Source: an uncultured bacterium
GTDB taxonomy: Bacteria > Krumholzibacteriota > Krumholzibacteriia > Krumholzibacteriales > Krumholzibacteriaceae
Length of the DNA stretch: 64,000 nt
NCBI GenBank assembly: GCA_963786935.1
Contig: CAWBAN010000001.1
Location: 224,001 to 288,000 of the forward strand
Direction: 5' to 3'
Both the position numbers and the translations under genes were made by a program. Shown here in pieces: positions 1-9,362 of the stretch (its first letter is position 1; every line of letters starts with the position of its first letter). Below the pieces are notes generated by a model. It was not told where the DNA came from and made no database searches. It saw nothing but the letters and a program-made list of their open reading frames with translations.

Positions 1-2
1 TC

Positions 3-137
3 GCAGGCCTCTGTATCGCTATCCCGGCGAGCGTCGGCCACGCGTACTTCGTATCCCAAATCGAGCGCTTCGTTCTCGAGATGGAAGAGGCCTCGGCCAA
101 CCTCGTGAACGAGCTCGTGGAACTCAACAAGAAGTAA
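3..137 (+). CDS. exbB: MotA/TolQ/ExbB proton channel protein, C-terminal fragment (5' truncated by window edge)
   Basis: Frame 3 reads AGLCIAIPASVGHAYFVSQIERFVLEMEEAS...KK*, resembling the last TM helix of ExbB/TolQ; directly upstream of exbD-exbD-tonB. Confidence 0.8.
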   Translation, partial: AGLCIAIPASVGHAYFVSQIERFVLEMEEASANLVNELVELNKK

Positions 138-154
138 GCGAGCGGGTATCTGCT

Positions 155-565
155 ATGGCAATAAAAAGGACCAAACTAGAACCGTCGATTCCCGCGGCTT
201 CGCTGTCGGATATCATCTTCCTTCTCCTCATCTTCTTTCTGGTGACCACGACGATGTCCGTGGAGAAGGGGCTCCCGATGTCCCTTCCGGGAAAGCAGTC
301 GCAGACGGTGAAGCTCAAGCAGGACGCGGTGTTCCATATTTCGGTTATGGCCGACGGAACGATATCGACCAAGGAGACCGGTCCGTTGCCTCTCGGCCGC
401 GTGCGGCCGCTCATCGAAGAGAAGCTCATGGCGAACGACAAGCTCGTGATCGTCATCGAAACGCACCCCGACGCGAACTACGGGATCATGATCGACGTCC
501 TCGACGAGCTCCGGCTCGCCAAGGCGAACCGGATTTCGCTGAAGACGACGGCGACGGGGGCCTAA
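155..565 (+). CDS. exbD: Biopolymer transporter ExbD/TolR family protein
   Basis: N-terminal TM with conserved Asp (SLSDIIFLLLIFFLV); C-terminal YGxMIDVLDELR motif. Confidence 0.9.
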   Translation: MAIKRTKLEPSIPAASLSDIIFLLLIFFLVTTTMSVEKGLPMSLPGKQSQTVKLKQDAVFHISVMADGTISTKETGPLPLGRVRPLIEEKLMANDKLVIVIETHPDANYGIMIDVLDELRLAKANRISLKTTATGA

Positions 566-587
566 GGCGTAAAGGAAGGAATATTCC

Positions 588-998
588 TTGAAGATCAAGA
601 CGAGACAAAAGGTCAAGAACGAGATCCCGACCGCCTCGATGGCCGATATCATCTTCAACCTGCTCCTCTTCTTCATGGTGACGAGCATCTTCAAGATGGA
701 GGAAGGGCTTCCGATACAGCTTCCGAGGGCGAAGTCGGGGACCGATACGCAGCGTCAGCAGATCATGCACATCTGGGCGGACCGGTTCGACCGGATCAGC
801 ATCAACGACAAGCTGGCCCGGGTCGAGCACATCCAGGGCATCGTGGCGAGCATGCTGGAAGAGAACCGCGCCATTATCGTGGCGTTCAACGTCGATCAGC
901 GCGCGAAGTACAGGGTTGTATCCGATATCATGGAACAGCTGAAGGAAGCGAACGCGATCAACGTGACGTTCACGTCGCTTTACGAGTCGACACCTTAA
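588..998 (+). CDS. exbD: Biopolymer transporter ExbD family protein (second copy, TTG start)
   Basis: ASMADIIFNLLLFFMV TM segment, LPxA linker, YRVVSDIMEQLK; AGGAAGGA RBS. Confidence 0.88.
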   Translation: MKIKTRQKVKNEIPTASMADIIFNLLLFFMVTSIFKMEEGLPIQLPRAKSGTDTQRQQIMHIWADRFDRISINDKLARVEHIQGIVASMLEENRAIIVAFNVDQRAKYRVVSDIMEQLKEANAINVTFTSLYESTP

Positions 999-1016
999 GC
1001 GCAAAGGGGAATCAGC

Positions 1017-1652
1017 GTGGCCCTCATCGCTGTCGCAAATCAGGAATTCAAGAACAAGTACAACTCGTACCTTCGCGGGTCGCTGTACGTTGTGCTTGCG
1101 ATCCATATGATTCTCTTCTATATCACCCCGACCTTCAAGTTCAAGCCGTACGTGCTCCGTGAGCAATACTTCGAGGCGGTCGAGCTTCCGACATCGTTCG
1201 AGCTTCCGCCGCCGCCGAAGGAAGTGTCGGCTCCCGTTGTACCGATCGAGGCCGCCGAGGGGGATGAGGACGCTTCGGACGCGGACGCATTCGCGCCGAC
1301 GAGCTACAGCAACATCGACGAAGTGCCGATGCCGCCGCCCCCGTCGACCGAACAGGCGCAGGAGTTCTACGCGTTCGACGAGGCGCCCGTGCTCATCAAG
1401 TCCGTCGCTCCGAGATATCCCGACCTCGCCCGCCAGGCGGGCATCGAGGGAACGGTGCTCCTCAACGTGCTCGTCGGCGACGACGGGAAGGTGCTCCAGG
1501 TGAGCGTCATCCAGTCGGATGTGACTCCCGCGATGGAGAAGGCGGCGATGGAAGCCGCGAAGCAGTTTATGTTCAAGCCGGCCAAGCAGCGAACGATGCC
1601 GGTCAGGGCCCGTATGGCGGTGCCGATCAGGTTCAAGCTCCACGGGAACTAG
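1017..1652 (+). CDS. tonB: Energy transducer TonB
   Basis: N-terminal TM with His, Pro-rich spacer, TonB C-terminal domain (PRYPDLARQAGIEGTV...FKPAKQ...VPIRFKL). Confidence 0.9.
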   Translation: MALIAVANQEFKNKYNSYLRGSLYVVLAIHMILFYITPTFKFKPYVLREQYFEAVELPTSFELPPPPKEVSAPVVPIEAAEGDEDASDADAFAPTSYSNIDEVPMPPPPSTEQAQEFYAFDEAPVLIKSVAPRYPDLARQAGIEGTVLLNVLVGDDGKVLQVSVIQSDVTPAMEKAAMEAAKQFMFKPAKQRTMPVRARMAVPIRFKLHGN

Positions 1653-1682
1653 CGGCTCGACCGATCGAGCGGAACGAAATTG

Positions 1683-1716
1683 AACGCCCGGCTCGCCACA
1701 GCCGGGCGTTTTTTAT
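1683..1716 (+). terminator. Rho-independent terminator after tonB
   Basis: AACGCCCGGCT-cgccac-AGCCGGGCGTT stem followed by a T tract. Confidence 0.85.
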
Positions 1717-1832
1717 ATGGGGCTCGATTCCCTCTGGCGGTGGGGAAGCGATTATGACACAATGATCCGTCGCCGCGCTCGCCCGCCACGGCGGCGCCGG
1801 CGGAGGGCCGGCGGCGCCGGGGCGACAATTAA

Positions 1833-1860
1833 TGAAACTCCGCGGCGGTTCCGACGTAAG
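1833..1860 (+). promoter_or_regulatory. ECF-sigma (SigW-type) promoter candidate
   Basis: TGAAAC-N16-CGTA, about 55 nt upstream of the TolC start. Confidence 0.55.
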
Positions 1861-1914
1861 AATGAAGATAGTATGGTCTTTCGAAACCGGTTACGCAAAG
1901 GGAAGGTAAGCACG

Positions 1915-3264
1915 ATGCGTGAGAGGAAATGCCGTTCGGGATCGGCCGCGCTCGCGATCGCGGCGTTCGTGTTTTCGCTGCTCCCGGCCGCGCTGTGTCC
2001 GGCCCAGGAAACCGTCTACGGCCTCGAGCAGTGCATCGATATCGCCCAGAAGAGCAACCCGGAGATCGCGATCTCGGGCGAGAACTACCGGAAGGCCGAG
2101 GGGAACCTGCTCTTGAATTACGGAAACCTGCTGCCGAATTTCAACCTCGCCTTCTCGACGGGGCACCGGTACTACGGGCCGTCGTCGGTGCAGATCGACG
2201 AGTCGGGTCGGCCCGTCCAGAGCGATGGATTCGATTACGAGGATTACGGCTTCCGTCTCTCGTCGGACATCACCCTCTTCGACGGGGGAGGCAACATCAG
2301 CCGGATTCGCTCGGCGATGTACAACCGCGACGCCGCCCGCGAAGCGCTCCGGTACCGGCGCGACTATATCGCGGCGAGCGTCATCCGGGCCTACTACGAC
2401 CTCGTCCGCGCCCGGATGCTCCTCAAGGTGGAGAAGGAAAGCGTCGAAGCCGCGCGGAAGAACCTCGAGCGCACCGAGGCGCTCCTCCAGGTCGGTTCGG
2501 CGACGCGCGCCGACGTGCTCAAGGCGAAGGTGCGGCATTCCAACACGCGGCTCACCCTGATACAGGTGGAACAGGGCGCGGAGATCGCGAAGCAGGATCT
2601 CCTCGCGTTTCTCAAGATGGACGGACGCCAGGCGTTCGAGGTCGACACGACGATGACGATCGAGTTCAAGGACATCGACGCCGACGCCGAGATCCGGTAC
2701 GCGATGACCGCGCGCTCCGATCTCAAGAGTCTCGAGCACTCGATCAAATCGGCGAAGTCCGACGTTACGTCGGCGCGGAGCGGATGGATGCCCACCCTCG
2801 GCGCGTCGTTCAACTACTACTGGAACGACCGGAAAATGGCGGAGGATCTGAACTTCTTCCAGAACGAGTACTCGTGGGCCGTCACGGGCTACCTGAGCTT
2901 CGACATATTCGACCGCTTCCAGACGAGCTCGAGCTACCGAATCGCGAAGGCGGATGCCCGGATCGCCGAATACAACCTCGACAAGGCGCAGCTCGACGCG
3001 GCGAACCAGGTCAGGAAGCTCATCCTCACGATCACGCAGGCGCGGGAACGGATCACGGTGGCGAGCGAGACCGTCGAGCAGGCGAACGAGGATCTGCGGC
3101 TCGCCGAGGAGCGCTATCGCGTCGGGGCCGGCACGATGCTCGAGACGATCGACGCGCTCGTCGCCGTCACGCAGGCGAAGGCCGCGGTCATCGAGGCGAA
3201 GCGCGACTTCCTCATCGCGACGGCGGACCTCGCCGTCGCCACGGGAAAGCAGATTTACCGGTAA
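1915..3264 (+). CDS. TolC family outer membrane efflux protein
   Basis: Signal peptide after the RBS-preceded ATG at 1915 (ORF track starts earlier); [12 protein letters not shown] start, two OEP-like helical repeats, [12 protein letters not shown]. Confidence 0.88.
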   Translation: MRERKCRSGSAALAIAAFVFSLLPAALCPAQETVYGLEQCIDIAQKSNPEIAISGENYRKAEGNLLLNYGNLLPNFNLAFSTGHRYYGPSSVQIDESGRPVQSDGFDYEDYGFRLSSDITLFDGGGNISRIRSAMYNRDAAREALRYRRDYIAASVIRAYYDLVRARMLLKVEKESVEAARKNLERTEALLQVGSATRADVLKAKVRHSNTRLTLIQVEQGAEIAKQDLLAFLKMDGRQAFEVDTTMTIEFKDIDADAEIRYAMTARSDLKSLEHSIKSAKSDVTSARSGWMPTLGASFNYYWNDRKMAEDLNFFQNEYSWAVTGYLSFDIFDRFQTSSSYRIAKADARIAEYNLDKAQLDAANQVRKLILTITQARERITVASETVEQANEDLRLAEERYRVGAGTMLETIDALVAVTQAKAAVIEAKRDFLIATADLAVATGKQIYR

Positions 3265-3287
3265 CGACTTCGAGGAGGGAGCGTCAG

Positions 3288-3983
3288 ATGCTGATCGAGG
3301 CCGCAGGCATCAAGAAGATATACGAGGTGGGGGTCGTGCAGATCGAGGCGCTCGTCGGGGTCGATCTCGCGGTCGCCCCGAACGAGTACGTCGCGATCAT
3401 GGGGCCCTCGGGATCGGGAAAATCGACCTTCATGAACATCCTCGGCTGCCTCGACACGCCGACGGAAGGGACGTACCGCCTGAACGGCAATCTCGTGAGC
3501 AATCTCGGGGACGACGAGCTCGCGCGGATCAGGAACAAGGAGATCGGCTTCGTGTTCCAGACGTTCAATCTCCTGCCGCGCGCGACGGCGCTGCAGAACG
3601 TCGAGCTCCCGCTCGTGTACGGGGGCGTTTCCGCGGCGGAGCGCCGCGAACGGGCGATGGAAGCGCTCCGGGACGTCGGCCTCATCGACCGTGCCGCGCA
3701 CCGCCCGAACGAGCTCTCCGGAGGGCAGCGGCAGCGCGTGGCGATCGCCCGCGCGCTCGTCAACAATCCGTCGCTCATCCTCGCCGACGAGCCGACCGGC
3801 AACCTCGACAGCCGGACGGGCGAAGAGATCATGCTGATTTTCAAGAAGATTCACGAGGCCGGCAACACGATCATGATCGTCACGCACGAGGAGTACATCG
3901 CCGAGCACACGCAGCGCATCGTGCGCCTGCTCGACGGGAACATCGCGTCCGACGTGAGGGTCGCGGCGGGAAAGCGCTCGTGA
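3288..3983 (+). CDS. ABC transporter ATP-binding protein (MacB/LolD/YknY type)
   Basis: Walker [53 protein letters not shown]. Confidence 0.95.
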   Translation: MLIEAAGIKKIYEVGVVQIEALVGVDLAVAPNEYVAIMGPSGSGKSTFMNILGCLDTPTEGTYRLNGNLVSNLGDDELARIRNKEIGFVFQTFNLLPRATALQNVELPLVYGGVSAAERRERAMEALRDVGLIDRAAHRPNELSGGQRQRVAIARALVNNPSLILADEPTGNLDSRTGEEIMLIFKKIHEAGNTIMIVTHEEYIAEHTQRIVRLLDGNIASDVRVAAGKRS

Positions 3984-4053
3984 TCGAGCCGCGCGCCGGC
4001 GCGGACGCGTCGTGCGGGGGCGCGCGCGCCCGTTCTATCCGCAAGGGGGGACC

Positions 4054-5403
4054 ATGCAGAAATTGAGGAAACGGTATTTCGTCTTCATCGGCGTCGCGGC
4101 GCTCGTCGCGGCGCTCGTGATCGTCAACCTGCGGGCGCGCGAGAAGCGGGCCCTCGCCGTGCAGACCGAGGACGTCGCCAAACGCGACATCACCATGGTG
4201 ATATCGGCCTCGGGGAGCGTTCGCCCGAAGCGCAAGGTCGATATCAGCGCGAGCAGCATCGGCAAAGTGACGCGCGTGGCCGTGAAAGAGGGGGAGGTCG
4301 TCCGGAAGGGGCAGTTCCTCCTCCAGATCGATCCCGTCGAGCTCGAAACGACCGTCGCGCGGATCCGGGCGATGCTCGAGGCCGCGAAGGCGAACGAGAA
4401 GCAGGCGATCGCCCAGGCGGAGCAGGCGAAAAACGACTACGAGCGCTCGAAAACGCTCCTCGAAGGGGGACATCGCACCGCGCAGGAGGTCGAGGCGTCG
4501 AAGACGAACTGGGACGTCGCGACCGCGCGGCTTGAAGCGGTCGGGCAGGAGATCTCCCAGTACAAGGCGAACCTCGAGAGCGCGCAGCACAGCCTCAAGG
4601 AGGTGACGATCGTCGCCCCGATGTCGGGGATCGTCACGCGGCGGAACGTCGAGGAGGGCGAGATCGCGATCATGGGGACGCTCAACAATCTCGGCACCGT
4701 GCTCCTCACGATCGCCGATCTCTCGACGATCGAGACCGAGATCGAGGTCGACGAGACGGAAGTGACGCATATGAAGATCGGCGACAAGGCCAAGGTGACG
4801 CTCGACGCGTTCCCCGACACGTCGTTCACGGGAGAGGTGACCGAGATCGGGAACAGCCCCATCGTCTCGGGCGCCTCGGCGGCCCAGCAGGGGGTCGATT
4901 TCAAGGTCGTCGTCACGATTCACGGCTCGATTCCGAACGTGCGGCCCGGCCTTTCGGCCGACGCGGAGATCACCGTCGCGGAAGAGAATGACGCGCTGTC
5001 GATCCCGATCCAGAGCCTCACGGCGCGGCGGAAGCGCGACCTGAAGGGATCCGGCGCGGTCGCCGACTCGACGGGGAAGGCGGACGCGAAGGACACGGCG
5101 GATGCGGCGAAGCCGGCGGCCCCGGCGGCCCCGTCCGCCGCGGGGACGGATACGTCGAAATCGGGGGAGGACGAAACCGAGGTCGAGGGCGTGTTCGTCG
5201 TCAAGAATTCGAGGGCCGAGTTCCGTCCCGTCAAGGTGGGCATCTCGAGCCAGAAGTTCTTCGAGGTCACCGCGGGGCTCGCGGAAGGGGAGAAGGTCGT
5301 CAGCGGCAATTTCAAGGCGATCCGGGAGCTCAAGGACGGGCAGCGCGTGAAGATCTCCGGAAAGTCCGAAGCGGGCGCCAAGGACAAGGAAAAGGCGAAG
5401 TAG
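4054..5403 (+). CDS. Efflux periplasmic adaptor subunit (MacA/YknX/HlyD type)
   Basis: N-terminal TM, lipoyl half motifs (VKEGEVVRKGQFLLQID; IVAPMSGIV), coiled coil, RPGLSADAEI. Confidence 0.9.
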   Translation: MQKLRKRYFVFIGVAALVAALVIVNLRAREKRALAVQTEDVAKRDITMVISASGSVRPKRKVDISASSIGKVTRVAVKEGEVVRKGQFLLQIDPVELETTVARIRAMLEAAKANEKQAIAQAEQAKNDYERSKTLLEGGHRTAQEVEASKTNWDVATARLEAVGQEISQYKANLESAQHSLKEVTIVAPMSGIVTRRNVEEGEIAIMGTLNNLGTVLLTIADLSTIETEIEVDETEVTHMKIGDKAKVTLDAFPDTSFTGEVTEIGNSPIVSGASAAQQGVDFKVVVTIHGSIPNVRPGLSADAEITVAEENDALSIPIQSLTARRKRDLKGSGAVADSTGKADAKDTADAAKPAAPAAPSAAGTDTSKSGEDETEVEGVFVVKNSRAEFRPVKVGISSQKFFEVTAGLAEGEKVVSGNFKAIRELKDGQRVKISGKSEAGAKDKEKAK

Positions 5404-5428
5404 GGAGAGCGGCCCTTCGCCGGCAACC

Positions 5429-6658
5429 ATGCTCATACTCGAGGGAATACGAATCGCGTTGCGCGCCCTCCGCGAAAACAAGCTGCGTACCTCGCTCACG
5501 CTGCTCGGCAACATCGTCGGGACGATGTCGGTCATCGCAGTCGTATCGCTCATCAACGGCATCGATCATTACGTGAGCGAGGAGGTCGCGGAGCAGGGGA
5601 GCAACGTCTTCACGATCGAGCGCATCAACTTCTTCGAGGCGATCACGGACCTCGACGCGTTCCTCGAAGCGCTTGCCCGGAACAAACCGCTCCGACTGAA
5701 CGATGTCGAATATCTCAAGCGGTCGGTCCCCTCGAGCTCGGTGGTCGGCGCCTCCATCAGCGGATCGGAGCGCGTCACCTTCGGAGAATCGTACGTCGAT
5801 AACATCGAGATCAAGGGGCGCTCCGAGGAGTACCCGTTGCTCGAGAAGGCGGATCTCGCGGCGGGGGCGCACATCTCGCGGCTCGAGGTGCAGCGGAGCA
5901 ACGCCGTCGCGGTCATCGGCTGGGACGTCTATCAGCATTTCTTCGCCGGGCGTAGCGCGATCGGAAAGAAGATCAAGATCGGGGATCGCCACTTTCTCGT
6001 CATCGGAGTCGTCAAGAACCTCGGTAGCGTCCTCGGCCAGTCGCGAAACCGGTTCGTATACGTTCCCGTGACGACCTACCTCAAGATGTACGGATCGCGG
6101 CGCTCGATCGAGATCAAGGTCAGGGCCGCCGATATCCGATTCATGCAGCAGGCGATCGACGAGGCGACGATGGCGATGCGTATCAGGCACCGGCTGCGTC
6201 CCCTCGAGAAGGACGATTTCAGCGTCACGACCTCCCAGCAGCTCATTTCCCTCTGGCAGGGCATCTCGAAGGCGATCTTCAGCGCCCTCATTTTCATCGT
6301 CTCGATATCGCTCGTCGTCGGCGGAATCGTTCTCATGAACGTGATGCTCGTCTCGGTGACGGAACGCACGCGCGAGATCGGCGTCCGGAAGGCTCTCGGC
6401 GCCCGCCGGTCTAACATCATCTGGCAGTTCATCGTCGAATCGATCACCCTTTCCCTCGTCGGGGGGATCATCGGGATCGTCCTCGGCTTCACGATCGCCG
6501 CCGTCATTTCGCTCGTTTCGCCGCTTCCGTATCTCATCGCGCCGTGGTCGATCGCGGCGGGGCTCGCGGTGACCTTCTGCATCGGTCTGATATTCGGAAC
6601 GTACCCGGCGAATCGGGCGGCGAGGCTCGATCCCGTGGTGGCGCTCCATTACGAGTAG
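5429..6658 (+). CDS. ABC transporter permease (MacB/FtsX family)
   Basis: NKLRTSLTLLG, VGGIVLMNVMLVSVTERTREIGVRKALGA, YPANRAARLDPVVAL. Confidence 0.93.
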   Translation: MLILEGIRIALRALRENKLRTSLTLLGNIVGTMSVIAVVSLINGIDHYVSEEVAEQGSNVFTIERINFFEAITDLDAFLEALARNKPLRLNDVEYLKRSVPSSSVVGASISGSERVTFGESYVDNIEIKGRSEEYPLLEKADLAAGAHISRLEVQRSNAVAVIGWDVYQHFFAGRSAIGKKIKIGDRHFLVIGVVKNLGSVLGQSRNRFVYVPVTTYLKMYGSRRSIEIKVRAADIRFMQQAIDEATMAMRIRHRLRPLEKDDFSVTTSQQLISLWQGISKAIFSALIFIVSISLVVGGIVLMNVMLVSVTERTREIGVRKALGARRSNIIWQFIVESITLSLVGGIIGIVLGFTIAAVISLVSPLPYLIAPWSIAAGLAVTFCIGLIFGTYPANRAARLDPVVALHYE

Positions 6659-6666
6659 GTGGCACG

Positions 6667-7938
6667 ATGGTACAGGAAACGTCCGCCCGGGACGGACGGC
6701 TCGGCCGGGAGCTGTGGAAGGAGAATTTCAAACAGGCGACCCACGTCATCCTCACGCACCGGATGCGCTCGGGGCTTCTGATTCTCGGCGTTGCGATCGG
6801 CGTCATGACGGTGCTCGGCATGGTGACGGTGCTCTCGGGACTCGGCAAGCGCGTCGAGCAGGACATCATGTCGTCGAACCGGCCGTTTCTTCATATCGCC
6901 CGGTACGACCCGATGGAGGGGGATCGCGACTTCGCCGCGCTCATGCGGAGGAAGAAACTCAGCGCCGAGGACGCGAAGGCGATCAAGGAGCAATGCCGGA
7001 GCGTCGAGCGTGTCGATTTCGAGGTGAGCCCGGGCGAAGGAATGCGGGTGCTTCGCTACAAGGGGCGCCGGACGGGGCTCCTTCAGGTGGTCGGGACCTC
7101 GGAGAATTTTCCCTACATATTCAGCCTCCAGATGGACGAGGGGCACTTCCTCGCGGAGAGCGACGTCGAGCGCCGCAGACGCGTCGTCGTCCTCGGATCC
7201 GGGCCGGCGAAGGATCTGTTTCCGAACATGGACCCGATCGGGAAATGGATCCGTATCGGGAACTACGAGTATGAGGTGATCGGAACGATGCTGTCGCGGC
7301 GGAGTTTCATCGGGAGCATGAGCGACAATTTCGCCGTCATTCCGCACACGACCTTCGCGAAGGATCATTCGAGCGAGTACGACGACTTCGAGATCGTCGC
7401 CACGGTAAAGCCCGAATATACGCTCGAGGAGTCCATGGACGAGATCACGGCGCTCATGCGGGCCCGCCGCAAGGTCGAACCGGCTGCCGAGAACGATTTC
7501 TACGTGAGCTCCTCGGAGGCGTTCCGCGAGATGATCACCAACATCACGAAGTACATCGGGCTCGTTCTCGTCGTCATCTCCTCGATCGGTCTCATGGTGG
7601 GGGGCATCGGCGTCATGAACATCATGCTCATCTCGGTGACCGAGCGCACGCGCGAGGTGGGTGTGCGGATGGCGCTCGGTGCCACGCGGCACGATATCCT
7701 CCAGCAGTTCCTCATCGAGGCGGCGACGCTCACCGGCGTCGGGGGGATTCTCGGGATCGTCTGCGGGCTGCTCGCCGCGCGCGGGGTGACGAATCTCATC
7801 CGGTTCCCCTACAGCCTGCCGTTCCTTTGGATCGTCATCGCCTTCGTGTTCTCCGCCGGGATCGGGATCGTATTCGGCATGTATCCCGCTAACCGGGCCG
7901 CGAAAATGGATCCGATCGTCGCGCTTCGCGCCGAGTGA
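6667..7938 (+). CDS. ABC transporter permease (MacB/FtsX family), second subunit
   Basis: RSGLLILGVAIG, VGGIGVMNIMLISVTERTREVGVRMALGA, YPANRAAKMDPIVAL. Confidence 0.93.
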   Translation: MVQETSARDGRLGRELWKENFKQATHVILTHRMRSGLLILGVAIGVMTVLGMVTVLSGLGKRVEQDIMSSNRPFLHIARYDPMEGDRDFAALMRRKKLSAEDAKAIKEQCRSVERVDFEVSPGEGMRVLRYKGRRTGLLQVVGTSENFPYIFSLQMDEGHFLAESDVERRRRVVVLGSGPAKDLFPNMDPIGKWIRIGNYEYEVIGTMLSRRSFIGSMSDNFAVIPHTTFAKDHSSEYDDFEIVATVKPEYTLEESMDEITALMRARRKVEPAAENDFYVSSSEAFREMITNITKYIGLVLVVISSIGLMVGGIGVMNIMLISVTERTREVGVRMALGATRHDILQQFLIEAATLTGVGGILGIVCGLLAARGVTNLIRFPYSLPFLWIVIAFVFSAGIGIVFGMYPANRAAKMDPIVALRAE

Positions 7939-7962
7939 TCCGGGAAGCGGCCGGGTAATCTC

Positions 7963-7991
7963 TTTACACGGGAAAATCGCGCAACTATACT
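7963..7991 (+). promoter_or_regulatory. sigma70-type promoter candidate for the GWxTD-dpp operon
   Basis: TTTACA-N17-TATACT. Confidence 0.6.
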
Positions 7992-8043
7992 CCGCCGTAC
8001 GGGAGCATCGGCGACGCGCGGCGCGCGGAGGGGGAGGTGCGCG

Positions 8044-9357
8044 GTGCCCGGAAGATTCGTGTGCACAATTGCCTTTGTGTTCTGCCTCGTCTCGGCGGGC
8101 CCGGCCGGCGGCCAGGGATCGCCCGACCGGCCCGTCGAACAGTCCGCCTTCGAGTTCTCCGTGAGCCAGGAGTTCGTCGAGGGCGCGACGCAGGCGGTCA
8201 TCGTGACCGCTTCGATACCGTACCGGCGCCTCGTCTTCTTTTTCCGGGACCGGCGGTACGAGGCGCGATACCGCGTCTATCTCGAGCTCAAGGGCAAGCA
8301 CGGGAAGAGCGCGCCCGGCGGCGTATGGGAAGAGTCGGTCGTCGTCGGCGACTTCCGGGAAACGACGTCGGCGGCGCAGTTCTCCGTGACGCGCCGGAGC
8401 TTTCCCGTCGATCCCGGCGAATACACGGTCACCGCGACGGTGGAGGTCATCGGGACGTCGCGGCGTTTCAAGGAGACGCGGCAGCTCCGCGTGGTCGGCG
8501 AGGACGCCGCGGAGCTCGTCGTGTCGAATCCCGTTTTCTACTCGCGTCGCGCGGAGGACTCGCTCTCGGCGAAGCCTCTGGGGGACGAAGCCGCCGTTTG
8601 GGTATGCCCCTCCGCGGGGGAGACCGGGGCGCGCGCCAATCCGGGAGCGGTCTACGGCGATTTCGGGGGGTGGGCGCGCATCGTCTTCGGCGTCGTCGTG
8701 CCGCCGCGTCGCTCCGCGGATTCGCTCGTGCTGACCGTCAGGGTGCTGGATGCGCGCGGCGCCGCGGCGGGCGGCGCGAAGCGGCCGTTCGATCCCGGAG
8801 CCGCGCGGCGGTCCGCGATCTGCGTCGAGCTGAATTTGGACAACGTTCCCGTCGGCGAGTACGGGATCGAAGCCGTCATCGAGACGGCCGGCGGCGCTCG
8901 GAAGAGCGGCGCGTCCGGGCGATTCGTCGTGCTGTTCAACGTGGGGCTCCTCTCCCGAACGGACGAGCTCGTCGAGCTGCTCTCGCTCGCGGGGGACGAA
9001 AAAGCCGCCCGGAAGGTCGCCGAAGCGCCTCCCGCCGAGCGCGTGCGCGCCTGGTCCCTCTTCTGGCGTTCGCTCGATCCGACCCCCTCGACCGAATCGA
9101 ACGAGGCGTTCGGCGACTTTCTCCAGAGGCTCAAGTACTCGCTCTCGGCCTTCTCGAAGCACAAGCCCGGCTGGCGGACGGATATGGGCAAGATATACAT
9201 CGAGCACGGCCCCCCCGACAAGGTCGAGGACCGGCAGACGACTCAACTGGGCGGGAATTACCAGCTCTGGTACTACTACTCGAAGGGGGTCGTCTATGTT
9301 TTCGAGGATACGATCGGGACCGGCGATTACCATCTCCTCTCAACCGAGATGATGTGA
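8044..9357 (+). CDS. GWxTD domain-containing secreted protein
   Basis: Signal peptide; FWRSLDPTP..NE..; GWRTDMGKIYIEHGPPD; WYYY..YVFED. Confidence 0.85.
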   Translation: MPGRFVCTIAFVFCLVSAGPAGGQGSPDRPVEQSAFEFSVSQEFVEGATQAVIVTASIPYRRLVFFFRDRRYEARYRVYLELKGKHGKSAPGGVWEESVVVGDFRETTSAAQFSVTRRSFPVDPGEYTVTATVEVIGTSRRFKETRQLRVVGEDAAELVVSNPVFYSRRAEDSLSAKPLGDEAAVWVCPSAGETGARANPGAVYGDFGGWARIVFGVVVPPRRSADSLVLTVRVLDARGAAAGGAKRPFDPGAARRSAICVELNLDNVPVGEYGIEAVIETAGGARKSGASGRFVVLFNVGLLSRTDELVELLSLAGDEKAARKVAEAPPAERVRAWSLFWRSLDPTPSTESNEAFGDFLQRLKYSLSAFSKHKPGWRTDMGKIYIEHGPPDKVEDRQTTQLGGNYQLWYYYSKGVVYVFEDTIGTGDYHLLSTEMM

Positions 9358-9362
9358 CCGGT

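Noticed and set aside
1929..3983. ORF-track 684-aa 'fusion' (likewise 8037-10916, 43269-44948, 46640-48442 and 57553-59538)
   Set aside because: Spurious N-terminal extensions; real starts with RBS or signal peptides lie at 3288, 9363, 44061, 47326 and 58369.
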